Below, piece after piece: positions 35,894-37,456 of a stretch of 37,456 bases of DNA. A program made the translations under genes and the position numbers. Each line of letters begins with the position of its first letter. Within the stretch, counting starts at the first letter, position 1. Below the pieces are notes generated by a model that saw only the letters and a list, made by a program, of their open reading frames with translations, was not told the origin of the DNA and ran no database searches. Source of the stretch: Ruminococcus sp. Lineage in GTDB: Bacteria; Bacillota; Clostridia; Oscillospirales; Ruminococcaceae. Location: positions 1-37,456 of the forward strand of contig JAZNOB010000033.1 of the NCBI GenBank assembly GCA_045580565.1, read 5' to 3'.

Positions 35894-36412
35894 TTACTTG
35901 GATGCCTTCGGTGAAATGAACATGACCATGCTGCGGCCTTCCATCTTTGCAGGCTTTTCAACTGTTCCAACAGCTGCACACGCTTCCTTGAATCTTTCAA
36001 GAAGCTCCTCGCCAATCTGCGGATGTGCAATTGCACGCTTACGGAATCTTACTGATACCTTCAGCTTGTCGCCGCCCTCAAGAAACTTCTTTGCCTGATT
36101 GACCTTTGTTTCAAAGTCATGTGTGTCGATCGCAGAAAACATTCTGATCTCCTTGATCGCTACGACCTTCTGATTCTTACGGGCTTCCTTCTCACGCTTC
36201 TGCTGTTCAAAGCAATACTTGCCGTAATCCATTATACGGCATACCGGCGGCTTAGCCTGCGGTGCGATCTTAACAAGGTCAAGATCCTGATCGTATGCAA
36301 GCTTCTGTGCGTCTCTTGCAGACATATTTCCCAGCTTTGTTCCATCGGCGTCAATGACCAGAATTTCCTTATCACGGATCTCCTCATTGATCTGCAGCTC
36401 CTGTTTGCTGAT
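35894..36412 (-). CDS. infC: Translation initiation factor IF-3 with non-canonical ATC start
   Basis: Frame stays open 29 codons upstream of the ORF-track ATG (ISKQELQINEEIRDKEI...); RBS GGAGGTG lies 7 nt before ATC at 36412; LDLV, PPVCRIMDYGK, KEIR motifs. Confidence 0.95.
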   Translation of the reverse strand: MSKQELQINEEIRDKEILVIDADGTKLGNMSARDAQKLAYDQDLDLVKIAPQAKPPVCRIMDYGKYCFEQQKREKEARKNQKVVAIKEIRMFSAIDTHDFETKVNQAKKFLEGGDKLKVSVRFRKRAIAHPQIGEELLERFKEACAAVGTVEKPAKMEGRSMVMFISPKASK

Positions 36413-36440
36413 AAGCCAGCACCTCCAAACATTTTAATTA

Positions 36441-36585
36441 CAAACAAAAATGAGTGCATCACACTGTGAGCACTCTCCTGATACCTCGTCTGACAATCTG
36501 CACATCGGCTTATGTCATAGCGAATGTATTGACCGTTTCGATTTACTTACCAAACGGTGAGAACTGTGATGCTCTGCTTTGTTTA
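36441..36585 (-). ncRNA. L20 leader (cis-regulatory attenuator of infC-rpmI-rplT)
   Basis: AAGCAGAGCATCACAGTTCTCACC 5' segment resembling the Firmicutes L20 leader, and terminator GAGTGCTCAC-AGT-GTGATGCACTC followed by ATTTTTGTTT; boundaries approximate. Confidence 0.8.
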
Positions 36586-36593
36586 CTCTGAAT

Positions 36594-36622
36594 AGTATAC
36601 ACTATATATCCTCCAAAGTCAA
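36594..36622 (-). promoter_or_regulatory. Sigma-A-type promoter of the infC operon
   Basis: TTGACT-17 nt-TATACT. Confidence 0.7.
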
Positions 36623-36646
36623 GCACACATCCTCAATTTTTACAAA

Positions 36647-37252
36647 CTATTCACAAAACCTATCCCACAGCTCCTGAAACCATTCAGCGCATCTTAGCTT
36701 ATAGCGGAATTTCTGAGGTTCTCTGAGCATTTCCGCCTCATCCTCCGTGAAATACAGCTCAGGCTCTGTCTCATCATCATCTGCTGCCGGAACGCACAGC
36801 GGCGGATACATAACGCACCACCAGTTCTGACCCTTTGCTTCTCCGATGTTTATTCTTACAGCGTCGTAAACTCCAGCTGGCAGTGTGACATTCTCATATG
36901 TGCGCTCATCAAACGCCATCGTTACAAGCTCTGCATTTACAGCGTAGTCTTTCCCCTCCGCTGCTACTGTTTCACGGGCGATTTCCTCAAGATGCTGAAG
37001 GCTGCTTTCTGCGGTATATTTTGCGTCCTCGAATGAATCAGCATTTTCAAAATACACAGCGCCCTTTTCAAGGATTGCGTCACGGACTGCATATTTCAGC
37101 AGCTGATCATCTGCGCTGTCGGAATTTGCGAGTATGTGCATCCTCAGTACATCGCCTTCAATGCTGTTCTGAGTTACTGCGCTGCTTCCGAATGATGATA
37201 AAAGAACAGCTCCTGCCATACCGATTATCGCTGCGGCTTCCATTTTTTTCAT
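36647..37252 (-). CDS. spoIIR: Stage II sporulation protein R
   Basis: LRMHILANSDS, LPAGVY, GQNWWCVMYPPLC; start set at ATG 37252 after GAGGTG. Confidence 0.94.
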   Translation of the reverse strand: MKKMEAAAIIGMAGAVLLSSFGSSAVTQNSIEGDVLRMHILANSDSADDQLLKYAVRDAILEKGAVYFENADSFEDAKYTAESSLQHLEEIARETVAAEGKDYAVNAELVTMAFDERTYENVTLPAGVYDAVRINIGEAKGQNWWCVMYPPLCVPAADDDETEPELYFTEDEAEMLREPQKFRYKLRCAEWFQELWDRFCE

Positions 37253-37270
37253 ATAACTCACCTCGGTGAG

Positions 37271-37299
37271 AGTATGGGCAGGGTGATAAGGGATTATTC
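37271..37299 (-). promoter_or_regulatory. Putative sigma-F-type promoter of spoIIR
   Basis: GAATA-15 nt-GCCCATACT resembles the forespore sigma-F/G consensus; spoIIR is sigma-F-dependent in Bacillus subtilis. Confidence 0.45.
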
Positions 37300-37344
37300 A
37301 GAGGGATTGTAAATTGTAGTTTGTCGCTCTGTTACGGTAAACGC

Positions 37345-37456
37345 CATAAGCCTCCCTTGTTAAAGGGAGGGGCACCCAAAGGGCGTGCAGAGCTGACCGC
37401 AGCTTGTAGAAAAAGTCGAATTTCCGCATAAGGCTCCCTTTGAGAAAGGGAGCTGG
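37345..37456 (+). repeat. Two tandem REP-like hairpin copies, second cut by window edge
   Basis: CATAAGCCTCCCTTGTTAAAGGGAGG and CATAAGGCTCCCTTTGAGAAAGGGAGCTGG; same family as 17595-17621. Confidence 0.7.

Noticed and set aside
211-37269. All plus-strand ORFs in the track (e.g. 211-534, 8785-9558, 12808-13734, 15100-15885, 31512-32264)
   Set aside because: Each lies antisense to a well-supported minus-strand gene and has no recognisable motif; treated as shadow ORFs.
37345-37456. CRISPR array start
   Set aside because: Only two non-identical hairpins, spaced about 82 nt apart, and no cas genes in the window.

Overview
Chromosomal backbone of a Ruminococcus-like (Oscillospiraceae/Clostridia) bacterium, inferred from dockerin proteins, gene order and spoIIR. 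All supported genes lie on the minus strand; the plus-strand ORFs look like antisense shadows. In transcription order (right to left): spoIIR; L20 leader-infC(AUC start)-rpmI-rplT; TrmH-family methylase-dprA-topA-trmFO-plsX-rnc-radical SAM-smc-ftsY-rdgB-yhbY-nadD-yqeK-LCP-rsfS-small membrane protein-leuS; rpsU; yqeG-aroQ-Xaa-Pro peptidase; efp-CD1247-like protein; NfnAB/SudBA-like pair-yajC; a secreted lysozyme-fold dockerin protein; TIGR04086-type membrane protein; SCIFF/ranthipeptide scfA-scfB; a P-loop ATPase plus four-subunit 2-oxoacid:ferredoxin oxidoreductase; and an AT-rich left-edge module encoding a dockerin-only protein (apparently frameshifted) and a secreted trypsin-like serine protease cut by the window end. 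Three genes missing from the ORF track were read by hand (protease, scfA, rpsU). The best leads are the dockerin-linked lysozyme-like and protease genes, a family of REP-like hairpins with covarying stems, an EF-P with a non-canonical loop, and a structured rpsU leader. No tRNA, rRNA, CRISPR array, transposase or integrase was seen. Family assignments rest on motif recognition, not on database searches.
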